From Balanoglossus misakiensis (lineage: Eukaryota > Animalia > Hemichordata): DNA of 64,000 bases. Made by a program: the position numbers and the translations under genes. This document shows, piece by piece, positions 1 through 12,968 of the stretch. Under the pieces are notes generated by a model, which saw only the letters and a program-made list of their open reading frames with translations, searched no databases and was not told the origin of the DNA. Each line of letters starts with the position of its first letter. Position 1 is the stretch's first letter. Location of the stretch: the NCBI GenBank assembly GCA_040954595.2, contig CM082581.2, positions 8,229,313-8,293,312 on the forward strand, in the 5' to 3' direction.

Positions 1-196
1 GCAATATATACACACAGGTATACATGTATATAAGTAAATTGTATAATACATTGTACAATGTATATACATGCAATATATGCTATACATGCTATATAGCATA
101 TATGTACATATAATGCATATATGTTCTTATATACCATAAATATGTATATATATGCGTGTGTGTATTTCGAAAGAGAGAGGGAGAGAGAGAGGGAGA
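1..196. repeat. AT-rich low-complexity tract (TA/CATA-like) followed by a short (GA)n run
   Basis: Degenerate atatac/atatgc units over 1-160; gagagaggg/agagaga run at ~172-196. Confidence 0.6.
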
Positions 197-663
197 TATG
201 CGCGTCCCTAGATCTATTGTCATTGTTACCATTCTCGTAGTCATAACGTCAAGTCAGAGAGCAAATTTGCCCCATGAAAAAAACGACACCACAACCATCA
301 TAGGCGAATTATTCCCGGTATGAAAATAAATTGCCACTCCTTATCATTCATTGCCTGGCTTTGTGACGCGCGCGCCAGAAAATGGGGTCCAGAAATTGAG
401 ACAGATCTCGCTTTGCTGTTCCTTTCACACCGGGACAATGGAGTGTTGATCAGCAGATAAGCTACATAATGGCCATTTAGAAATTTACATGTTGCAGTAT
501 TTCAAAATATAAAATGATACATTCAGATGAGTATTAGGTGTGATTCATTCCACGAATGGCAATTCGTCTTTGTTGGAAAATTACAGCGTATCAACGTTAC
601 ATTATTGTAAATATTAACTGTAAATGACGGCGAGTGAAGGATATCTCCTTATAGCTTTTTGTC

Positions 664-778
664 ATGTATGTATGTATGTATGTATGTATGTATGTATGTA
701 TGTATGTATGTATGTATGTACATGTATGTATGTATGTATGTATGTATGTATGTATGTATGTATGTATGTATGTATGTA

Positions 779-814
<36 letters not shown>

Positions 815-816
815 CA

Positions 817-903
<87 letters not shown>

Positions 904-951
904 ATGTATGTATGTATGTATGTATGTATGTATGTATGTATGTATGTATGT
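664..951 (+). repeat. Compound microsatellite (TATG)n-(TG)n-(TATG)n-(CCTG)n-(TCTG)n-(TATG)n
   Basis: Read directly from the sequence. It explains the MYVC/ACLP/VCLS pseudo-ORFs at 624-1035. Confidence 0.97.
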
Positions 952-1523
952 GCTTATAAATATATGTTAGTTCATATCAGATATACATACATGCATATTT
1001 ATTTATTTATTTGTAAGTGTATCAGCAGGAGTTAAATATGTTGAGCGATTTCATATTAATTCAGTCGGTAGATAATTTCGATAATTTGGGGGTCTAGAAT
1101 AGATACATATCAGTATGTATCAGTATACACGGGTGACTCTTTTGAACGAGATGATCTTTCAGCGTGGAGATTTTTTTATTAAAGTGGTTCTCTCGGGTTT
1201 CGAGGATATCGGATTTCCAGAATCTGACAACAAATTTTCTAGCGCGAGTGTTGAAAATGAGCATAGCTAGCTGGCGGCTGTTGTACCAGCTTTCTATACA
1301 AAATCTTCCATTTTAGGTTCCCCCCTCTTTTGGATGTATGACTGATCCTGCAGGGAGGGGGATTTTGGAGCTCATTATGGCCGAGATTCGAGTTACCGAG
1401 TTCCGAGAACACATAAACCCGCTGCGGGGACAAGGGTTCGTTTCGTGTCACCCAGACGTTTAACAAGCACCGGATGACGACACGAATTTCAGCGCAGATG
1501 CGCTTAAACTAAACTATTCCAAG

Positions 1524-1604
1524 TTTCTGCTTTTCTCTCTCTTCCTCTCTCTCTCTCTCTCTGCTTTTCTCTCTCTCCCTCTCTCACTCTCCCTGTCTCT
1601 CTCT
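1524..1604 (+). repeat. Imperfect (CT)n polypyrimidine tract
   Basis: CT-rich run with TCTGCTTTTCTCTCTCT occurring twice (1526, 1560). Confidence 0.85.
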
Positions 1605-2422
1605 GATTTAATTTCATTTCTTACGCGCTGATAACATTTCGCGGTTGGGCTCTCGCAAAAAATGTCCACGCCACGTACGCGCATTACGCGCATGCACACG
1701 GGCACAGCGCGCGCACACGCCGTTGTATTCGATTACATTCGGTCAGCTTTGTCCCCCGACCGTGAGACGAGGCAAACTTTGGAAACAGTTTATTGCGACA
1801 TCACGGTCCCACTGAACTCCTCGGGGCGTATCTACCCACGACAAATGTGATATAGAGACCCCAGTAATGCAATAAGCCCGAGAAAGCCCCGGTAATAGAC
1901 CCAATATTCGGGTAAGTAGCAAGCGAAAGCTTTTGTAGGAAATTGTTGGTATTAAATTAGAGCCGGTAACCCAGGTAGTCCCTCTCGCATCGTATTGTTC
2001 AAGATTAGCCTCTGCTGTCGTCAGCTTTGAAGTATGATGACTCTAATAATCGGCTAATCTCTAGCATTCATGCTTAGAACAACAACAAGTTACACTAGGG
2101 TATTTCCGCATCTTGGATTTCAGTATCCACTTGTATGCAATATTCAAGAGCGTCTTGATTTCGTTTCCTCGTACATGATCAGTCGGGTCCGTAAATGCTT
2201 ATTTGTACACGGCGAGCCAGCAGAACCAGATAAAGCGAGTCTTTGAAGACCACGTGACGAGAATTTTGCACACTTTGGCATGAAACTTGTATGTATTTTT
2301 GGCTTAATCGTCTCATCATTGGGGGAAATAATGTCTAGAACTTGTTTCTAGAGGACGCCATTTAAAGACGATTCACCGTCGTGGAGAACACGCACACATA
2401 TACTTCTTCGTTGGTCTTTATC

Positions 2423-2426
<4 letters not shown>

Positions 2427-2515
<89 letters not shown>
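2427..2515 (+). repeat. Perfect (TC)n microsatellite, ~44 units
   Basis: Uninterrupted TC run. Confidence 0.97.
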
Positions 2516-2517
<2 letters not shown>

Positions 2518-2580
2518 CTAGCATAATGAAGTGGCGGTTAATATGCGAACGCTAATATTTTGCATTCGTGGATAATTCCC

Positions 2581-2762
2581 ATCAATTAATCAACCAATCA
2601 ATCAATCAACCAATCTATCCGTCGCTCGTTCGCTGAGCCGCCCTCTCACCTAGTCACTCAATCAGCCGACCGACCGACAGACTGACTGACCGCGAACCGA
2701 TCGATCGACCGATCAATAAATTAATCAATCAATCACTTAATCAATCAATCAATCAATCAATC
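2581..2762 (+). repeat. Degenerate tetranucleotide repeat (TCAA)n/(CCGA)n/(CTGA)n
   Basis: A 4-bp period is kept while the motif changes; pure (TCAA)n at 2739-2761. Confidence 0.85.
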
Positions 2763-4149
2763 GACTTGCTCTCTTTCCTTGATCTAAGAAGGACCACACA
2801 CGGTGGAGGAAAGAAGCCACGATGGAAAAGGTCCATTTTATGGGGGTTGCTGTCTTCCGCACGATTTGTGCATCGTGGCAGCCTTTTGGTGTCTATGGTT
2901 GCTTCTCGACCTCGAGCTAGTATGGCATTACATATTTATATTTACTCGCATACGTTCATGGCATAACATATTTTTTATTCATTTATTCATTCAAACTTGA
3001 TTTTTCAGTTCCCAGAGTAGCGATACGAGGCTAAATATCCAATATTCGTGTTGCGCAATATAAAAAAAGTCTGTCAGATCAATGAAGCGTCTCCTTTTTT
3101 GTCTAAAATCATAACGATTCATGAATCGAACAAAAAAGTTTCTCACGGACCAGGCATAGGTCATGCCCCGGGGTTAGCCAGGTTGCGCTGTTGCAGTCTC
3201 CCGCCTTGGGCAACCGGGGTCGGTCGGCTGTACCACACGCAGCAGCACACGGCACAGCAGACCGTGGGTCAAGTCCAACGATCACTGGGAAACCCTGTAA
3301 AACTCCCGGCGAAGAAGTTGGGAATTGCGCGTTCCGCGGTGTGACAAGGGTTGGTGGCCGCATCACCCGGGAGTGGAAATTGAACAAAAATCTTCGCCGC
3401 CAACTTCGACAGACGCCCGCCGAACTTGCACTGCCTCCCTCTTCAAAAGTTAATGACAATGTATGTGTTGTGTGTGCGAACACAGGCGCTGCTTACAGAT
3501 CTTCAAAAGAAAAGCCACTTCGCGTTGGGAAATAGCTCATTTATAAAGTGATACTCTTCTGTCTGTGTTCTACGAGGCAGACGACCGCTGAGTTAATCAC
3601 ATAACTAGTTGGGCTACAATCGCGATAAACAATACAGGTGCCTGGCAGACTATACCTTAGTCGGGCTCTGCCGGCCAGACCACTTGTTATGGTAATTAGT
3701 CGCCCCATTAAGAGAGAGGGGTTGGGCTTATTTCAATGTCTCTCTATTTTAGAGATCTGTCTCCCGAAGATGTCTACCCTTACAATGACGGGCTAGGCAA
3801 AGGAAAAACAAATAATGTAAAAAGGATAAATGCCCCGATATTTGCTTTAAGTCTTTCTGGAGGTCGAGCGATGTCCGTATTCGCGGGCCGGCTGGAAGCG
3901 CCGTTTCCTTGTCGATCGCCAGTGCGCGTGCTGAGCTGTGACGCACGACGCCTTGTATGCACCATAACACAGCAATTACATCAGAAGCATGTGTGTATAA
4001 TTGCCTGGGAATGGTTGTTAATATATCATATTATGTACACGGCGCATCATCTTAGCCATGCCGAGTTTTTAGATCATATTTTACTGAGCCCAACCAAATC
4101 CTTGTTTACGGGGAGACACACGTTAATGCGCAGAATCGGAGGTCACTCT

Positions 4150-4500
4150 TACGAACCAATTACAGGGCAAATTGCGGCGGAACAGCCAATTGCGTGAAAG
4201 TAAAAGAAAAAAAAATCATTTAAAAACGTCAACAACTGGCACCTTAATTGCTTTCTTAATTCGCCCAATAAGGTAAAGTTTTCATCACTCATTACATTGT
4301 GGGAAATCTGGTGGGCGGAGTTAGAAGCCACTCTCGCTTACGCTAATCTCATTACGCATTGTGTGCGTCCAATCGCAGCGCCTTGCTTGCATGTCAGACA
4401 TTTAACTTGCATGACACTTTTATTCAGATATTATTATCGCGTTCGGTGAACGGCGCCAGTTCGGCTCTTTCTCGTCGCGCACCGTATTCAATAACTCGTG
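4150..4500 (+). promoter_or_regulatory. Probable Hmx proximal promoter with four same-strand CCAAT boxes
   Basis: CCAAT at 4156-4160, 4186-4190 (30 bp apart, like tandem NF-Y sites), 4265-4269 and 4369-4373, ~500-710 bp upstream of the ATG. No canonical TATA box seen; the TSS cannot be placed from sequence. Confidence 0.5.
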
Positions 4501-4867
4501 AGTTCTCAAGCATTTGGGGACTATGCACCAGTTGGTGTAGGACTTACAGTTGGCTACCACCAACATTCCCGTGTCTCACATCTGTCAGCGCTGTGTTGGG
4601 TTTGCGAGGAACTGACTGGCGAAAACAAAACTTTCATCGGCTCTCGCTCGCTCGCTCACTCACTCACTCGCGGGAGGACCTTATCCGGATCGTGCAGATA
4701 CACATGCACACGGCGCGGTTTTATTAATTCGATCACATTGGAGATACTCCCCAAAAGCCGCAGCTTTTGAAGAAGAAAAAATCACACTCGTCGAGAAAGA
4801 CATTTTTATATTTATTTGAAAGAACTTTGATATTTCGCGCGAGCGAATAATAAGAAGACGGCGAAAG

Positions 4868-5147
4868 ATGTCGACGGAGAAAGAAGAGATGGGCTCGCCA
4901 AAGTCGAACAAATTCTCCATACAGAGCATACTGAGCACAGACAGCAGCAAACAGAGGAATGCGGACAGTAATTCGGACGGGCGACCGTCCTCTGTGGAAG
5001 ACTCCACAACAAACAAGGCGGAACGAAGCGATCTCTTGTCGTACACGTCGGTCGCACAGCACTTTGTCAGCGACAGCGCGGTCGCCCGGCCGAACCCCTG
5101 GTACCCGTGGATAGCCGCAAACCCATATCTTCATTACGCATTTGAAC
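4868..5147 (+). CDS. Hmx: Hmx (NK5) homeobox transcription factor, coding exon 1
   Basis: ATG at 4868 in context AAGATGT; eh1 Groucho-binding motif FSIQSIL (4913-4933); WYPW motif (5099-5110); ends at a GTAAGT donor at 5148 in phase 1 (280 nt). Confidence 0.9.
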
Positions 5148-6406
<1,259 letters not shown>

Positions 6407-7584
6407 GAAAAGACAAGAAACTCTAAATATATTTAAATATCAAAACAGAGACTTAAAAACTCTACCAGCGAACTGATGAGTACAAGAGTACGCAAGGTTC
6501 TACGAACCACGTATATACGTCGGTATAAAGTTACGGATATGAAAATATTTGACCAAGACTGGAAAAGACATCTGTATGCAGTGCATCTTGATGCTGCGCC
6601 TTAGAAACGCCTTAAAAGGTCGGTTTCATCATCAATAATATGTATTGTGTATAATAGGAAGCCCTTTTTAATGTGTAAATATTGTGGAAGAGAGTATTCT
6701 AATGGCCGTATGTTATGCGATTTTTTTTCCACCCTTGTCCGAGACAACTGCACGGGGGAATACACAAAACCAATTCCACAATGCGCATTTTTATCATTTT
6801 AATTCCAATTACTTTAAGAGTCACCGACAATCAGAATCATTTCAATTCAGATTGTTTTCACAACTGCCATTCTTCAGTACTCGTGTTGTCGTTTGTAGGG
6901 AAAGTTGCGGGCGGGAAAAGAGACCGGATTCAATCGCAAAAAAATGTCAGACGAACAGAAAACAAAAAAAAACCCACATGACATATCATTGTTATATGGT
7001 TGACATGATATTATAACCTTGCCAAAGGGAGGCATTTTGTCGGCAGAAAAATGGCCGCCCTTCATTTTTCCATCCCCACGGACTAGATGTGTGTATATTG
7101 TGTGTACAAAAGCGTATCGGTCATTTCCCCCACCAAGATGTACATGCTTCTGGGAAACGTGCATTGTCGCTCGCGAAAAGAGCACGTCTTTCTTGTGAGT
7201 TGTAGGTAACCACGGTAACTACAACAAGTGCATATTTTTTTATATTTTGTATGAGCAATATTTATGTTTTGTAATTCCACGAAATTATGCATATCATACA
7301 TGTACGTGTACAATGGACACTATTCTCAGTTCTAACGTACCACTTGGTCGCATGATGCAATATATTGGGTTGTGTATTTTGTTTTCAATTTGCTGTTTGT
7401 CTTGCTCGGTCGACTGTACATACGTAATTGTATTCGTGAAATTTGCATAAGTGACTTTATTATCACTTTTGTCATTCCTATATATATATTTTTGGTATAT
7501 ATTGCCTTCGTTTGGATTTTCGAGCTCATAAAGTTGTCAGCGTTTGACCATTTTTACTTCCCGTCATAGACTCACACAAAAAGA

Positions 7585-7652
7585 AATAAAACAGAAAATA
7601 TGTATAGTTTAAGATGTACCCAGAGCCAAGTTGTTGAGTTGTTATTTTTTGT
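7585..7652 (+). terminator. Probable Hmx polyadenylation signal and downstream GU-rich element
   Basis: First AATAAA I can find after the stop codon is at 7585-7590, followed by GTTGTTGAGTTGTTATTTTTTGT at ~7630-7652. This implies a ~1.2 kb 3' UTR. Confidence 0.55.
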
Positions 7653-10600
7653 GAAGCCATGTTGATCCACTGGTAATTGTCCAACCGTGTACACCGGAGT
7701 GGGACGTAAAACTCATATGTCCTCGTCAAATTTCGAAATCGTCTGACGTAAAAAAATGGAGCGCTATTTGCTTGCAAGGATAGTGTTGGAATGAAGGCAA
7801 TACACGTGGAATCAAAGAAAACAGTTACCCATATTATGATATGCCAGTATCTGTCTGGCTATACAAATACTAGTACATTCCTTCTTTAATCTCTCGGGTT
7901 AATTTTCAGCGGAGTGTTAAAAACAGCGAGATGGTTGCCCCTTTATAAAACAGAACAACTCCAGAGGATTATTAACTTTTAAGATGCACCTTGTGTACGT
8001 TGCTTGTTTATCGCCGCTCGTGAAATCGCTCTCCCCTGCTTTGGCGAGTTAAAAGTTTAACTCCCCCCTCTCTCTCTACGGAAGGAAAGCGCCAGTAGGA
8101 AGTAGTCGCTATATGGCTTTAATTGAATAGTAGTATGTAAGCAGCGGAAAACCAATATTGGAATAGCATGTCAGGGAGCATGGTGTAACATAACAGCATG
8201 GAGTGCTTTGTTAAGTGTTCAGTAAACAAAGCACAGTGATACACTGTATGAATGAGGCAGACACACGACAGCGATCAGCTCCCGTTAAAAGCTGTCCCTT
8301 CTCTCTATATATAAAAAAAGTATTATCCAAACTTTTATGAGTGATTCTTCGCTTCTTTCGTCGAATTGAGATTTTCATCCCACTCTCCTCCCCTTCTTTG
8401 TTGGAAGGGGGTGTGTGCGCGCACTTCGCGATGTTAAATGAAACATGAAACGGTTCGCGTGGACGCGAAGTTTTCATCAAATGCTGGGCTGTGTACAGAA
8501 TTAAAGCGAGCATGACGAATCCTTTGTTGAAATCAGATTATTTTCTGGCGAGTACTTCCTGTGTGTTTTATCTAAAATGTACGTTTATAGCTCAATTTAG
8601 AGCGGGCAGATAGTGAAGCCTCCCGGGGTTATTTCCCCTGTTACTAGGGAATAGACCAAGATCTGCTAAGCATTTTAAAAACAGATCAAAATTGACTCCA
8701 ATTATCTGTGGTCAAGCTGGTGGATATATTTGGGGAGTTTCGCGCTTCTGTTGGGAGATACAGCGGCGAGGTCGAGTTTTCCCTGGAAAGTTTGCCGATG
8801 GATATCGCCATCCATAAAAAAAATAAAACGTGCACTTCGATCTCGGTGTACGACACTGCGCCCAGAATCCCGCCGACTTCGGATTACATTAAGTGAAATT
8901 AAACACACGCGTGTAATGCACATAAATTTCGGCGAGGCGTTGCATGATTGCGACTTATCAACTATTACATCGGTGACAGAAGCTGCAATGACAGTCGGCA
9001 GCGCCCGCGTTGTTATCATCGCCCGGCCTCTTCGCCCCCTCCGTCAATTCGCACTGCATCGAATTAACACTAACCGTTAATGGCAGGGGCGCCGTGTGTT
9101 TTTCACCAAGAAGGCTGTCCGTTTGTCACCCTCCGCGAAATGAACACAGACAGGTGAAATTGCTCAAAAGGGGTGAAAACCACTCCGTAACGTCGAGAGG
9201 AGTCGGCGAACACACACACGACACGATTCCGCCCTACAATCCACCATGCAAATTTCACCCCGCCGCCAGCTCCTTCCCCTTCCCATCCCCTCTTCCTGAA
9301 CCCAGATGCATTTCACGTTTCCAAAGGATGTATTTCTTTCGGGAAATAATTGTTAGGTATGACATGATACCGACACATATGATGCTCAGTCAATTTCAAG
9401 CAGAATCGATTTCACTTGCTTCATTCCAACCGCTTTCAGTTGATCGCTGTCTTTATTACGCGCGCATTCTCACCGCGTATCATTTTACTCCGCGTGGCGA
9501 GTACGACATATCAGACTTCACCGGCAGATTTGTGTACCACGAACCCGGCGCTCCTGATTTTCCCCAGACCGCTTTCTCTCATTTCATGGCTGCATAGACT
9601 GAGAGTTCCCTCGGCTCCTAAGGTGATTTATAATTTACATGGTGATTTCATATCTGCAACATCCCATTTAATCTCGTTAAAGGAGTATGGACAGCTCATC
9701 TACTCCGAACAGAGCATGAAATCGCCTAGCTGGAAAATGTACATACCTAACAACCAGGCGCCAAGACCGTGCACTCGACAGCCCCGTCATAACTTACGCC
9801 CTCCCCCACGGAGGTAGTCCCCTGTACACCTCTCCCACCTCTCCCCGACCTCTTCTGATTCCACCGGGTGATTATATCCTTTATCTTTACCAATTTGACT
9901 CCGTTTTTTTTTACCGAGCTTCAAGATCAAACTAGAGCGGTTGGCGCGGTCCATCCACCGAGGACATTTTTTATCTTGCTGTCTGGCGAACACTCGAAGC
10001 TATGTTACAGATAGCCCTTCGTAATTTGTATTTATGACTTATCCCATATTCTATAAATATTTCAACGGGACTAATTGCAGCGGGTAAAATATTTATCCGC
10101 CTGACGATAAAGTATGGCCGGAATGAATCGGGGGTGAACACACGACGGCAATCGAGTCGGTCTCGCAGCCACCTGATAGCCCAGAACCTCTTAATCTAAA
10201 AGCAGCAACATTTTATTACCAATATCCACTTCAACCACGATACAAAGCTGCCCTCTGTGAGTTATGGCTGTTTGTTACGGCCACATATGAGACGTTTCGT
10301 CTTCACCGATTATACCGCGTCCAGTGGGGATTACGCGCAAAACGACTACGGGGATCATCGCGAGCTTACTCCTTTCTTCTCCCGTCGACGATAATAACCG
10401 CTATCGTATTGCTTATCCACGCAAATTCAATACTTCAAAGGGAAAGACAACGGCCAAGGAGATTCATCCGATAAATTTCAGCTGCATCCAAACTTACTTT
10501 CCTTCGGGCGATATTAGCGATCGTGGGTGTGGTCTTTTCACTGTGTCGTCTTCTATAATGGTTTTGACAAAAATAGAACAAAATGGGCTATTATTTTCAC

Positions 10601-12843
10601 GGATTTCCTTCATAAAAGCATGTTCCTTAAACTTTCAGATATCGTCTTTTTGAACATACCAGACAATACATGTATACCCGCGGCATGATCTGTCTAGAGA
10701 CAACAATTTCGCTATGAGAGTGTATGTGTGTATGTGTATATGTGCGTGCGGGCGCGTCCCTGTGTGCTTGCGTGCGTGCGCGAACGTGTATCTCTTCGCT
10801 CGAACCATCACGTGACACCTGCAAGATGTGCACGAACTAAATGAAGAATATGAGAGAACGTTTACAAAGCATGCAATGGGAGAAATTCAACCAGGATATT
10901 TTTTGTCTTGTATCAAATCGATTTGTCCAAAAATAAAGTAACTGACCGCAGGGAGACATTGATTTCTATCAAAAGAAGTGAAAAAAAGTCACGACGCCTT
11001 TCAGTCGACCAACAGCAATAACCCCAACAAAAATGACGCTTATTTATTTGTTCACCAAAAAAGTTGCCGGAGGCCATTTCAAGAACGCCCCCGTCAAAAG
11101 GTGGCAGTGAAGGTTACATACGAAGCCAACCTTCGAAAAGGAACTCGACAGATATATATGACGGGAGTTAAGATTTATTGAAATGATGTTCAGTCAGAGA
11201 TCAATTAAAACAAACGACATTGAGCGAGGTCAAAAATAATGATGAAATCGAGCCTTCTACAGTTATTTATACATAACCTTAGATAAATAGGAAATGTAAA
11301 GGAGTGCTGTGTTGCAAAACATGAACGTAACCACTTTATAATTCTTGTTGCTGGGATAAGCGTTGTTGTTTTTATAATTGGTCATTGGAAGGCTTCACCT
11401 TGAAAAGAAACCATGTTATTCTCAATGTAACAGAAGCATATTTTGTCCAACGAAGACAGCGCAGTACTCATCTTGCTCGTCGTGACTGCAACGGTAGCAC
11501 CATAAAGCTTCCGTTGTTTTATGTGTCCTATTGTTATCACGCCGTCATCAATTAAAAATATATAGTTTTATATCAATGTATATATATTGCACAAATGCCA
11601 ACGACATGGATCAGAATTGCACATTCGGATCTCTCCAGGGCATTTGAAATAGAACGGCGTGATCACGACAGAAGATCGTACAAAAAGTCAAGCCTCTTTA
11701 ATTATTCTACCTCGGTGTGTAAGAGGAACTCATGGGTGGATTTTAGAAATTTAGAAATATATGCTTGGTTTCGTCAGAGAGGATGATTAAACTGATAGCA
11801 TAAAAATTGATAGCCTAAAATTGCCCGACGAAGGTCCTTGGTTGCCCGCCGTGGTTCGCTCGTGATTGTGCAAGCATTCAGTTCTCGTTCCATTTGTAAC
11901 TCGTTAGCTCTGGCAGGGGTGAGATTTCTCCTTCGTCGGCCACCTGGGCCCTAAAGACCCTTAAACGGTCTAGTCCTCATATTGCGGCACAATGACTCGC
12001 ACATTTCCCACGACTTCGATCTGATATCGTCTGCTCACCGGGCAGGGATATTGAAAATTATCAGCTCGGCCCATCGTGGCTTTAAAAAGGGGAGCTGATC
12101 CTGGGGAACCTCGCGCGCCTTGATGAGGCGGGACCGCCATCGCGCGCCATCATCTGTTAATACGACGGCAGATCGGGTGAAAAAGTCATGATGCGACTTC
12201 TTAGCGACTCCTCTCGCGACGGTGCTATTGTCACCTAAGCAGAAATGACCGCCACTCTCGGCATCATATATCATATCTGTCTTGCCAAGCGCCTTTTTAA
12301 TGGCTCTTATCAAAGTCTCGCGGCTTCCGTGCCCTTTCCCCATCCTTCGTCAAACATCTTGGGATAAATTACAAAGAAACTCCACCTGTCCCATTTTTTT
12401 CGCGCCTCGTGCATCAAAGTGAACGATATAACAAGTCTCATGTTATCGTTATTATGTTCATGTCTAATCCCGGCGTTACCATGGTAACTACTATTCAAGT
12501 CAGTTTTTTTCCCACCCATATGCTCGTACTTGTCCCTTTAACACTACTCCGCTGGAATTAAGAGACTTTTCCGACGAAGGTATTTAGTTCATGTTAACAT
12601 TCCGACACTTAAACAGCAGTGTTGCCTATTTTCAAAACTGTTAAGCTGTAAAGAGAGTGTAACAAAACTATAAAGCGATGCCTTTATACCGTGTGACTAC
12701 GAAGAATTTTAATTGGCGTGGCTGTGTCTGTGATACGTACACTCGGTAACGGGAAATGAATTCTGAGAAGAAATCAGCTATACGTTAACCTACTAACTCA
12801 AACACTGGAGCTATTGCGTGCGAATGGTTTTCATAATGATCAA

Positions 12844-12968
12844 ATGTATGTATGTATGTATGTATGTATGTATGTATGTATGTATGTATGTATGTATGTA
12901 TGTATGTATGTATGTACATGTATGTACATGTATGTACATGTATGTACATGTATGTGGATGGATGGACG
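12844..12968 (+). repeat. Compound microsatellite (TATG)n-(TATGTACATG)4-(GATG)n
   Basis: Read directly; the 10-bp unit is repeated four times at 12911-12950. Confidence 0.95.

Noticed and set aside
624-1035. MYVC/CLSV-repeat ORFs, and similar ORFs at 12785-13083, 39328-39772 and 46388-46681
   Set aside because: They are translations of stop-free microsatellites.
8702-9817. Overlapping 100-195 aa ORFs, and similar ones at 3736-4197, 19951-20421, 29097-29532 and 36526-37005
   Set aside because: No recognisable domain, no convincing splice-linked exon chain, often non-ATG starts; lengths are compatible with chance.
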